Source: an uncultured Actinomycetes bacterium
Lineage (GTDB): Bacteria; Actinomycetota; Thermoleophilia; Gaiellales; JAICJC01
NCBI GenBank assembly: GCA_963813245.1
Contig: CAWEYE010000006.1
Coordinates: 42,815 to 106,814 of the forward strand
DNA: 64,000 bases
Direction of reading: 5' to 3'
Both the position numbers and the translations under genes were made by a program. Below the pieces are notes generated by a model. That model saw only the letters and a program-made list of their open reading frames with translations, was not told where the DNA came from and did no database searches. The first letter of the stretch is position 1. Each line of letters starts with the position of its first letter. This document shows positions 26,736-33,781 of the stretch, piece after piece.

Positions 26736-27074
26736 TCATCCGCCGCGGCGGCGGTGCTCCGCCTCCTCCTCGACCGTCCGCTCGGCGGTCGGGCTGACCT
26801 CGAGGCGCTCGTCGGGGATCGGCTTGCCGCTTTCGATCGAGCGGCCGTAGGTGCCGTCGCGCAGGCGCTCCTCGGCCCGGGCGACCGCCGCCAGCCGGTC
26901 GCGCAGGTCGTCGATCCGGCCCTGATCGAACTCGTTCTGGTAGGTGTCGGTGGCGTCATCGGCCATCTCGGTAGTCGAAAGCTCATCGTTGGGCTCGATC
27001 GCGGATTCTCGGAGCGCCTCTTCGATCCGCGCTCGCTCCGCGGCCAGAAGCTCGTGCGCGCGCCTGTCGTCCAC
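26736..27074 (-). CDS. DksA/TraR-like protein lacking the Cys4 zinc finger
   Basis: GTG 27074 lies 7 nt after AAGGAGG, inside ORF 26736..27302. LLAAERARIEEAL...DDATDTYQNEFDQGRIDDLRDRLAAVARAEERLRDGTYGRSIESGKPIPDERLEVSPTAERT matches the DksA/TraR coiled-coil and C-terminal pattern, with the Cys residues replaced. Confidence 0.65.
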   Translation of the reverse strand: MDDRRAHELLAAERARIEEALRESAIEPNDELSTTEMADDATDTYQNEFDQGRIDDLRDRLAAVARAEERLRDGTYGRSIESGKPIPDERLEVSPTAERTVEEEAEHRRRGG

Positions 27075-27204
27075 AGCGCTCCTCCTTGCTTGGTTGGGTT
27101 GGTCTGGAGCCCGGCGGCCTTCACGGGCACGCCGGTGCCGCACGGAGCGGGCCCGGGTCAGCCTATCGGCTCGGAGGTCGGCCGGGAAGCGGCCGCCGGC
27201 GTAT

Positions 27205-27378
27205 CTATCGGCGCGGCTGCGGCCGGGGCGGCTGGTGGTCGTAGAAGAGCGTCGTGCTCGTGGCCCCGGCGGAGTGCGATTCCGCTTTGCGCGCCGCCGC
27301 ACGTCGCGTAGCGTAGGGCCCGTAGCGGTGCTCCTGGCCGTTCATGACGACGATCGCAAACCAACGGCGAAATGGCAT
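27205..27378 (-). CDS. Candidate small protein (57 aa), below the ORF-track size cut-off
   Basis: Hand translation gives MPFRRWFAIVVMNGQEHRYGPYATRRAAARKAESHSAGATSTTLFYDHQPPRPQPRR*. ATG 27378 lies 7 nt after GAAGGGA. G/C at codon position 3 is clearly higher than in the overlapping 79-aa ORF 27158..27397. Confidence 0.35.
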   Translation of the reverse strand: MPFRRWFAIVVMNGQEHRYGPYATRRAAARKAESHSAGATSTTLFYDHQPPRPQPRR

Positions 27379-27466
27379 CGGTCATTCCCTTCGACATCGC
27401 CCTGAGTCATCCTAACAGCGCAATGCGTCGCCGGCGGGATTCGCCTCCACATGCGCCCGCGATCGG

Positions 27467-27492
27467 CGAGCCGGACGGTGCCGCCCGGCTCG
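27467..27492 (-). terminator. 8-bp stem-loop immediately after infA
   Basis: CGAGCCGG (27467-27474) pairs with CCGGCTCG (27485-27492), with a 10-nt loop. It lies 5 nt downstream of the infA stop. No U-tract. Confidence 0.35.
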
Positions 27493-27496
27493 GGGA

Positions 27497-27718
27497 TCAG
27501 CGGTAGCGGTAGACGATCCGCCCGCGGTTCAGATCGTAGGCCGACAGCTCGACCTTGACCCGGTCGCCGGGCAGGATGCGGATCCGGTAGCGCCGCATCC
27601 TGCCCGCGATGTAACCGGTGGTCTGATGGCCGTTGTCGAGCTCGATCCGGAAGAGGCCGTTGCGGAGCGACTCGGTGACCTCGCCCTCGACTTCGACCTT
27701 CTCTTCCTTGACGCTCAT
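27497..27718 (-). CDS. infA: Translation initiation factor IF-1
   Basis: ATG 27718 gives [73 protein letters not shown] (73 aa), a full-length IF-1 S1-fold pattern. GAGGAG lies in the 10-nt spacer after the csp stop. Confidence 0.93.
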   Translation of the reverse strand: MSVKEEKVEVEGEVTESLRNGLFRIELDNGHQTTGYIAGRMRRYRIRILPGDRVKVELSAYDLNRGRIVYRYR

Positions 27719-27728
27719 AAGGCTCCTC

Positions 27729-27935
27729 TCAGCCCGCCTGGGTAACGCCGGTCGCCTCGGGTCCCTTCTGACCCTGGCGAGCCTCAAATGTGACCTTTGC
27801 ACCCTCGGGCAGGCTCTTGTAGCCGCTGCCAGAGATCTCGCTGTGATGGACGAACAGATCCTTCCCGCCATCGTCAGGCTGGATGAACCCGTAGCCCTTC
27901 TGGTCGTTGAACCACTTCACAGTTCCGGTTGCCAT
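27729..27935 (-). CDS. Cold-shock protein, CspA family
   Basis: ATG 27935 gives [34 protein letters not shown]... (RNP1 KGYGFI, RNP2 VFVHH-like). A GGGAGG Shine-Dalgarno lies upstream. Confidence 0.95.
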   Translation of the reverse strand: MATGTVKWFNDQKGYGFIQPDDGGKDLFVHHSEISGSGYKSLPEGAKVTFEARQGQKGPEATGVTQAG

Positions 27936-28111
27936 GAAACACCTCCCTTCCACACTCACGAACGAGTCAGGAAGGCGAAGCGCGCAACCGTCGAACGTCC
28001 TACAACGGACGGAAGCGTATCAGGCCGGGCTCAGGTGGGTGGCCGTCCGGCCCGGAAATACGCCATCGGGGGGAGGCGGAACGCCTGCGGCCGCGCCGAT
28101 GGAGCCGGACG

Positions 28112-29467
28112 ATGGCCGTGCACCACGACCACATCGGCCCCACCGGCCAGACCGCGCCTCGCGCGCCGGCGTCTGCAAGCCCGCTGCCCCTGGCGGGCGG
28201 CGCCCGGCTGGAGCTGCTCGGGTTCGACCTCGCGGCCGCGTTTCACGAGTCGCCGCTCGGGATCGTCATGCTCGACCGCGAGGGGCGCTGGCAGGAGGTC
28301 AATCCGGCCTGGTGCGCCATCCTCGGCCGCCCCCGCCCGGAGCTGCTGGGGCGCCACTTCAACGATCTCACGCACCCGGACGACCTCGCCATCGGCATGG
28401 AGATGCTCGCGACGCTCGAGGGCGGCGCGCGCTCTGTGCAGGCCGAGAAGCGCTACCTGGGCGCCGACGGGGGCGTCGTCCACGTGGCGGAGTCGATCAC
28501 CGCCAGCCGCGACGAGCAGGGCCGCATCGTCCGCTACGTCGCCCATGTCCGCGACGAGACCGCCCGGATCCGCGCCGAGCAGGAGCTGGCCGAGTCGGCC
28601 CGGCTCTTCCGCGACGTCCTCGAGAACGTCGATCTCGCCGCCCTGAACATGGACGCGAACGGCACGATCACCTACTGCAACCCGGAGCTCTGCCGCCTCG
28701 TGGGCTGGCCGGCCGAGGAGCTGCTCGGGCGCGACTGGTTCGAGATCTGCGTGCCGCCGGACGAGGGCGAGGCGCGGGCGCTGCACGGCGAGGGCATCGC
28801 GACCGGCCGGATCGAGCGCCACCACGAGGGTCACATCCGCACCCGCAGCGGCGAGCGGCGCACGATGCGCTGGTCGCACACGCTCGTGACCAACCCTTCG
28901 GGCCGCCCAGTGGGGACGACGTCGCTCGGCGAGGACATCACCGAGAAGATGGCCGCCCAGCGCGCGCTCGCACACCGGGCCACGCACGACCCGCTGACGG
29001 GGCTCGCCAACCGGACGCTCCTCGACGAGCGCCTCGCCCAGGCGATCGCCGATGCGAACCGGCCCGTGGCCGTGATCGTGTGCGATCTGGACGGCTTCAA
29101 GCGGGTCAACGACCGGCTCGGCCACGCCGCGGGCGACGAGGTGCTGCGGGCCGTCTCGGGCCGCCTGCGCGGCGTCTGCCGGGCGCAGGATCTGGTCTGC
29201 CGGCCGGCGGGGGACGAGTTCGTGATCGTGATCACCGGTGAGCCGGGCGAGACGGCCCGGCATCTGCGCCGCACCTGCATCCAGGTCGGCGAGCGCATCG
29301 GCCGGGCCGTGCGCCAGCCGGTGGGGGTGGACGGAGGCCGCGCCCAGGTCGGCGTCTCGGTGGGGGTGGCGGCCACGGCCGGGCCGGGCAGGGGTGCGGA
29401 GCACCTCCTGCGCACGGCCGACCGCGCCATGTACCGCGAGAAGAGCGCCCGCTCCCAGCAGCGCTAA
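28112..29467 (+). CDS. PAS-PAS-GGDEF diguanylate cyclase (active-site variant AGDEF)
   Basis: ORF 28112..29467. Two PAS-like blocks (GIVMLDREGRWQEVNPAWCAILG; ALNMDANGTITYCNPELCRLVGW). GGDEF domain (HDPLTGLANR, DLDGFKRVNDRLGHAAGDEVL, RPAGDEFVIV). Confidence 0.9.
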   Translation: MAVHHDHIGPTGQTAPRAPASASPLPLAGGARLELLGFDLAAAFHESPLGIVMLDREGRWQEVNPAWCAILGRPRPELLGRHFNDLTHPDDLAIGMEMLATLEGGARSVQAEKRYLGADGGVVHVAESITASRDEQGRIVRYVAHVRDETARIRAEQELAESARLFRDVLENVDLAALNMDANGTITYCNPELCRLVGWPAEELLGRDWFEICVPPDEGEARALHGEGIATGRIERHHEGHIRTRSGERRTMRWSHTLVTNPSGRPVGTTSLGEDITEKMAAQRALAHRATHDPLTGLANRTLLDERLAQAIADANRPVAVIVCDLDGFKRVNDRLGHAAGDEVLRAVSGRLRGVCRAQDLVCRPAGDEFVIVITGEPGETARHLRRTCIQVGERIGRAVRQPVGVDGGRAQVGVSVGVAATAGPGRGAEHLLRTADRAMYREKSARSQQR

Positions 29468-29473
29468 CGGTGC

Positions 29474-29905
29474 CTACGCCGCCTGCGTCGCCGGCGGCTG
29501 CAGCAGCCCGAGCTGCCTGAGGACGCCCAGCCGGTCGGGCACGCCCCAGTGGGCGACCATGCGGCCGTCGACGACGCGGACGACGTCGAACACGTCGGCC
29601 CGGAACCGCCGGCCCGTGGGCGGGTGGCCCATGAAGGGGCCGTCGTGCGTGCCCGTGGCGACCAGTCGCGCCCAGGCGGTGTCGCCGGCAACCGTCAGAT
29701 CCTGGATCTCGAGGTGGAAGTCCGAGAACGCCCGCTTGAGCGAGGCGATCACCGCGCGCACGCCCTCGGCGCCGGGCGCGTGGTTCGGGCCGAAGTCCTG
29801 ATGCTCGGTGAACCCGGCGCCGGTCACCGCATCGGCGACGTCCAGGTCGCCGCGGTTGAAGCCCTCTTCGATCAGCCTGCGAAAGACGCGCTCCGGATCG
29901 GTCAT
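29474..29905 (-). CDS. SnoaL-like ester cyclase family protein
   Basis: ORF 29474..29905 (ATG). The NTF2/SnoaL-like pattern (FRRLIEEGFNRGDLDVADAV...HDGPFMGHPPTGRRF...VVDGRMVAHWGV) is typical of 'ester cyclase' annotations. Confidence 0.8.
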   Translation of the reverse strand: MTDPERVFRRLIEEGFNRGDLDVADAVTGAGFTEHQDFGPNHAPGAEGVRAVIASLKRAFSDFHLEIQDLTVAGDTAWARLVATGTHDGPFMGHPPTGRRFRADVFDVVRVVDGRMVAHWGVPDRLGVLRQLGLLQPPATQAA

Positions 29906-29924
29906 GCGAACTCCCTCTTCTCGA

Positions 29925-29951
29925 TCAATATTGAATACAGTGATACTGTAT
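29925..29951. promoter_or_regulatory. Two adjacent palindromes in the AT-richer SnoaL/TetR divergent intergenic region (candidate TetR operator)
   Basis: TCAATATTGA (29925-29934) is a perfect 10-nt palindrome. ATACAGT-GAT-ACTGTAT (29935-29951) is a 7-3-7 inverted repeat. The second ends 4 nt before the TetR ATG (29956), and no Shine-Dalgarno is visible. Confidence 0.5.
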
Positions 29952-29955
29952 CAGA

Positions 29956-30603
29956 ATGTCGGCCGGCGATCACCGCAAGCGACGCGCGTACCGCTCGCCC
30001 CGCCGCCGTGAGCAGGCGCAGGAGACGCGGCGGCGGATGCTCGCGGCCGCGGGCCGCCTGCTCGCCGACCACGGCTACGCCGGGACGACGATCGCCGCCG
30101 TCGCCCGCGAGGCGGGCGTCGCGCCCGAGACGGTCTACGCCGCGTTCGGGAACAAGCGCACGCTTGTCGGCGAGCTCGTGCAGACGGCCGTCCGGGGCGG
30201 CGATTCCGCACCGGCGTCCGCCCAGGCCGGCGCCCGCGCCGTGGCCGCAGCCACTGACCGGCGCGAGCAGGTGCGCCTGTTCGCGGCCGACGTCGTGGAG
30301 CGGCTGGAGCGGGTCGGGCCGGTGCTGCATGCGCTCGCCACGGCTGCTGCCGAGCCGGAGCTGGCCGAGCTGCTCAGAAGCGTCGATCGCGACCGGCTCG
30401 ACGGCCTGCGCAGGTTCGTCGCCGTGCTGGAGCGGGGCGGGCCGCTGCGCACCGACGCCGAGGCGGCGACCGAGACGGTCTGGGCGCTCGCGAGCCCGGA
30501 GCTGCACAGCATGCTCACGGCCAGGCGGGGCTGGTCGCGCGAGCGCTACTGCGACTGGCTCGCCGACATGCTGGCGGCGGCACTTCTGCCCTCGTCCGGA
30601 TGA
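29956..30603 (+). CDS. TetR/AcrR family transcriptional regulator
   Basis: ORF 29956..30603. N-terminal HTH (RRRMLAAAGRLLADHGYAGTTIAAVAREAGVAPETVYAAFGNK). Confidence 0.9.
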   Translation: MSAGDHRKRRAYRSPRRREQAQETRRRMLAAAGRLLADHGYAGTTIAAVAREAGVAPETVYAAFGNKRTLVGELVQTAVRGGDSAPASAQAGARAVAAATDRREQVRLFAADVVERLERVGPVLHALATAAAEPELAELLRSVDRDRLDGLRRFVAVLERGGPLRTDAEAATETVWALASPELHSMLTARRGWSRERYCDWLADMLAAALLPSSG

Positions 30604-30619
30604 GGATGCAAATCCGGGG

Positions 30620-30886
30620 TCAGCAGATGGGCCCGGCGTCGGCCACCATCGCCCTGAGCAGCACACGCACGGCGGCCGGGTCGGTCTGCTCAGAACGCCG
30701 GAACCGGATGCAACCCTTGCCGACCGAGAGGCCGGCCAGAATCTCGGCGCCGGCCGCGAGCGCCGCCTGGCGCAGACCGCCCGCGAGCTCCTCGCGACAG
30801 AGCCGCCGCAGGCGCTCGAGAGCAGGGCGACGCTCGAGCGGTGCCGCGGCGATGTACTCCGGCACGGTGGTGGCGTCGCTGCGCAT
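30620..30886 (-). CDS. Small DUF1801/YdhG-like protein (unusually short)
   Basis: ORF 30620..30886, 88 aa. The N-terminus (TTVPEYIAAAPLERRPALERLRRL) and C-terminus (SVGKGCIRFRRSEQTDPAAVRVLL) resemble the two ends of DUF1801 proteins. The middle of the domain seems to be missing. Confidence 0.45.
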   Translation of the reverse strand: MRSDATTVPEYIAAAPLERRPALERLRRLCREELAGGLRQAALAAGAEILAGLSVGKGCIRFRRSEQTDPAAVRVLLRAMVADAGPIC

Positions 30887-30931
30887 GCGCGGAAGCTCGC
30901 CGATGCCATCGGCCGTGTTCGCCGCGGCGGA

Positions 30932-31409
30932 TCAGGCCGCCGGCCGCCGCTGCCGCGGTGCATACGCGGGCAGCGACACGGGCGCTTGAGCCGTCTGCGC
31001 CGGTGGAGGAGTGGCCGCGCGCTCGCTGACAACCCGGAACGGCGCGACATGGCGCAAGGCCCGGCGCAGCCGCCACGAGGCGTTGCCGACGAGCACGATC
31101 TCGTCGGGCGCGCCCTGCTCGAGCGCCTGGCCGATCGCCGACTGCACGCTGCGGCAGGGCGTGATCTCGATCCGGCCGCGGCGCATCGGCTCGCGCACCG
31201 CCCGCTCGGCGGTCGTGCGCAGCGCCTCGAGCCGGTCGGCCAGCCGCGGCGGGTACGCCGCCAGGGGCATGGTCGCGGGCAGGACGGCGGGCACGACGAC
31301 GTGCACGTAGCAGTTGCCGGTCGCCCTTGCTGCGGCGGATGAGCGGCGAGCGCGCGTGCGCCTGGTGGAGCTTCGGCCGGGGTTTCAAGGTGACGGTCAT
31401 CACCTTCAT
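30932..31409 (-). pseudogene. Universal-stress-protein (USP)-like gene with a probable frameshift in an A/T run
   Basis: ATG 31409 (after GAGG) gives MKVMTVTLK and then leaves the conserved frame. ORF 30932..31306 and its upstream extension read NPGRSSTRRTRARRSSAAARATGNCYVHVVVPAV...QSAIGQALEQGAPDEIVLVGNASWRLRRAL, which is USP-like. Removing one T from TTT 31383-31385 would give one 158-codon ORF. Confidence 0.45.
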
Positions 31410-31507
31410 CGTCGGCCTCAACCGGTCACGGCCGCGTCACGGTTGCGGCCCAGCGCGTCCCAGTTGCATCTCGATCAGGTCACAGCGAGATCACCGTCCG
31501 GACAAGA

Positions 31508-31540
31508 GGGGCCTGGCCCCGCGAGACGGGGCCAGGCCCC
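31508..31540 (-). repeat. REP-like GC hairpin copy 1 (13-7-13), just after the response-regulator gene
   Basis: GGGGCCTGGCCCC (31508-31520), gcgagac, GGGGCCAGGCCCC (31528-31540). The arms are identical to the copy at 44713-44745. It lies 11 nt downstream of the stop at 31552. The transcript would continue UCUUGUCC. Confidence 0.6.
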
Positions 31541-31551
31541 GCTCGGAGGGT

Positions 31552-32247
31552 CTACCCGCCGTCGGTGCGCAGGCGGTAGCCGACACCGGTCAGGGTCTCG
31601 ATGGCGCCGCGCTCGAGGCCTTCGGCCTGCAGCTTGTCGCGCAGCCGGCCCATGTTCACGCGCAGCAGGTGCATCTCGTCGGCGTAGCCGGGGCCCCACA
31701 CCGTGCGCAGCAGCATCTGGTGGGTGAGCGGCCGGCCGCCGGCCACCGCGAGCGCCTTCAGGAGGTCGAACTCGGTCGGCGTCAGGCGCACCTCGTCGCC
31801 GGCCACCGAGACGATCCGGCGGGGCAGGTCGATCGTGAGCGGGCCGACCGCGATCACGGCCTCGCCGCCGCTCTGGCCGGCCGCGCGCCGCAGGAGCGCG
31901 CGGCAGCGGGCCAGGAGCTCACCGGGCGAGAACGGCTTCGTGACGTAGTCGTCCGCGCCGGCGTCGAGCGCGCGGATCTTGTCGGACTCGTCGCCCACAG
32001 CGGAGATCAGGAGGATCGGCGCCGCCAGCCAGTCGCGCAGCTGCCGGCACACCTCGGCGCCGTCGGCGTCGGGCAGCATCAGGTCGAGGATGACGAGATC
32101 GGGCGGCTCGAGCGCAGCCGCCGTGAGGGCCTCGTCGCCGTTCGTCGCGGTCTGGACGTGGTACCCGGCCTTCGACAGCGTCACCTCGAGCGCCCGCCGG
32201 ATCGGCCGCTCGTCGTCGACCACGAGGATGCGCTGCTCGCCGCTCAC
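31552..32247 (-). CDS. OmpR/KdpE-type response regulator
   Basis: GTG 32247 overlaps the kinase stop (GTGA). VSGEQRILVVDDERPIRRAL...DLVILDLMLPDADG...KPF..., and a winged-helix C-terminus (LTPTEFDLLKALA...GVGYRL). Confidence 0.9.
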   Translation of the reverse strand: MSGEQRILVVDDERPIRRALEVTLSKAGYHVQTATNGDEALTAAALEPPDLVILDLMLPDADGAEVCRQLRDWLAAPILLISAVGDESDKIRALDAGADDYVTKPFSPGELLARCRALLRRAAGQSGGEAVIAVGPLTIDLPRRIVSVAGDEVRLTPTEFDLLKALAVAGGRPLTHQMLLRTVWGPGYADEMHLLRVNMGRLRDKLQAEGLERGAIETLTGVGYRLRTDGG

Positions 32248-33698
32248 CGCGGCCGCCGCTCGGGGGTGGGCGCCGCGGGGATGGAGACCGTGAGGGTGGC
32301 GCCGGCGCCGTTCGCCGGCTCCAGGGTGACCGTCGCGCCGTTTGCGACCGCGAGCCCCTGGGCGATGGCCAGGCCGAGCCCCGAGCCGGGCTGGTCGCCG
32401 CTGCGGCCGCGGTAGAAGGGCCGGAAGATGTGCGCCCGCTCGGATTCGGGGACGCCGGGGCCGTGATCCGACACCGACACGACGACCCGGCCGCCCCGGG
32501 CAGCCGCCGCCACGAGCACATGCTCGTCGGGCGGCGAGAACTTGACGGCGTTCTCGACCAGGTTCACGATCACCCGCTGCACCTGGGCGGCGTCGACCCG
32601 CACCAGTGGCAGCTCGCCTCCGTGGTCGACGTCGATCGCAACGGGCGACCCGGCGGTCACATCGGCCACCGCCGCGTCGATCACGTCGCGCACATCGACC
32701 CACTCGGCCGCCGGGGTGGCCGCCCCCGCCTCGAGCCGGGACAGGTCGAGCAGGTTGGTGACGAGGCGGCTGAGGCGGCCGCTCTGGTCGGCGATCGTGT
32801 CCAGGAGCTCGCGCTCGTCGCCGTCGAGGTTGGCGAACCGCAGCCCCTCGGCCGCCGTCGAGATGGCGGTCAGCGGCGAGCGGAAGTCGTGCGAGACCGT
32901 CCGCAGGAGCGCCGTTGTCAGCTCGTTCGAGCGCCGCAGCGCCTCGGCCTCGACCTCGTTCGCCAGCCGCTGCTCGCGCTCCTGCCCAAGCGTGATCAGC
33001 CCGGCCAGGACGCGGCCGATGCGGGCGGCGTCGGGCGAGTCGGCCGCCCCCTCGGGCGCGTCGATCAGGCGCAGCTCGCCCAGCCGGCGGCCGTCGAGCT
33101 CGATCGGCACCACGCGGTCGGCCTTCGCGGCCGGAGCCGGAGCGCCCAGATGGATGCCGCCGTCGCGGGCTCCCAGCGCACGCGCGGCCTGGCGGCCGAG
33201 CAGCGGGAGGGCGGCCTGCAGCTGCGATCCGTTTGCGATCAGCGTGGCCAGCCGCTCGCCCAGCTCCGCCTCGGCGGCCCGTCGCGTGGCCTGCTCGGCC
33301 TCGGCCCGCTCCCGCGACGCCAGGTGGCTCGTGACGACGGCCGTGACGACGAATGCCGCGAGCGCGAGCCAGTCGCCGGAGGAGCTGATCGTGAGCGTGT
33401 GCTGCGGCGGCAGGAAGAAGAAGTTGTAGGCGACGGCCGACGCGATGCTGGTCGCGATCCCCAGCCACAGGCCGTAGATCGACGAGATGGCGAGCACCGC
33501 CACGAGGTAGAACACGCCCGCCGAGCGAACGGGCACGCTCGGCGTCAGCAGGGCGACCACGCCCGTCGAGGCGGCGACGCTCGCGGCGGCGATCAGGCCG
33601 GCGGCGGTCCGCGACCGGTACCACTCGCGGTGCCCGACGGCGGCCGGCCACGGGATCCGCGCGAGCCATGCCCGCCGCGGAGGCTCCTCGACGCTCAT
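32244..33698 (-). CDS. Sensor histidine kinase of the KdpD C-terminal type (DUF4118 membrane domain-HisKA-HATPase) lacking the KdpD N-terminal/USP domains
   Basis: ATG 33698 (MSVEEPP...) lies inside ORF 32244..33848. DUF4118-like helices (VFYLVAVLAISSIYGLWLGIATSIASAVAYNFFFLPP), H-box LLRTVSHDFRSPLT, N/G boxes (VNLVENAVKFSP, GSGLGLAIA). Confidence 0.88.
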   Translation of the reverse strand: MSVEEPPRRAWLARIPWPAAVGHREWYRSRTAAGLIAAASVAASTGVVALLTPSVPVRSAGVFYLVAVLAISSIYGLWLGIATSIASAVAYNFFFLPPQHTLTISSSGDWLALAAFVVTAVVTSHLASRERAEAEQATRRAAEAELGERLATLIANGSQLQAALPLLGRQAARALGARDGGIHLGAPAPAAKADRVVPIELDGRRLGELRLIDAPEGAADSPDAARIGRVLAGLITLGQEREQRLANEVEAEALRRSNELTTALLRTVSHDFRSPLTAISTAAEGLRFANLDGDERELLDTIADQSGRLSRLVTNLLDLSRLEAGAATPAAEWVDVRDVIDAAVADVTAGSPVAIDVDHGGELPLVRVDAAQVQRVIVNLVENAVKFSPPDEHVLVAAAARGGRVVVSVSDHGPGVPESERAHIFRPFYRGRSGDQPGSGLGLAIAQGLAVANGATVTLEPANGAGATLTVSIPAAPTPERRPR

Positions 33699-33781
33699 GC
33701 CGGGGATTCTCGCAGGCTGCGCAGCCGTTGCCGGCGGGTGCTCGGCCGGGTCGGTGGCCGCAGCGGGGGTACGCTGCCACG

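Noticed and set aside
27158-27397. 79-aa minus-strand ORF from the track
   Set aside because: It has many A/T-ending codons and no Shine-Dalgarno. The overlapping 57-codon frame (27205-27378) has the better coding signature.
31552-33698. Annotation of the two-component pair as the kdp regulators KdpD/KdpE
   Set aside because: The kinase lacks the KdpD N-terminal and USP domains, and no kdpFABC genes are nearby. Only a family-level call is justified.
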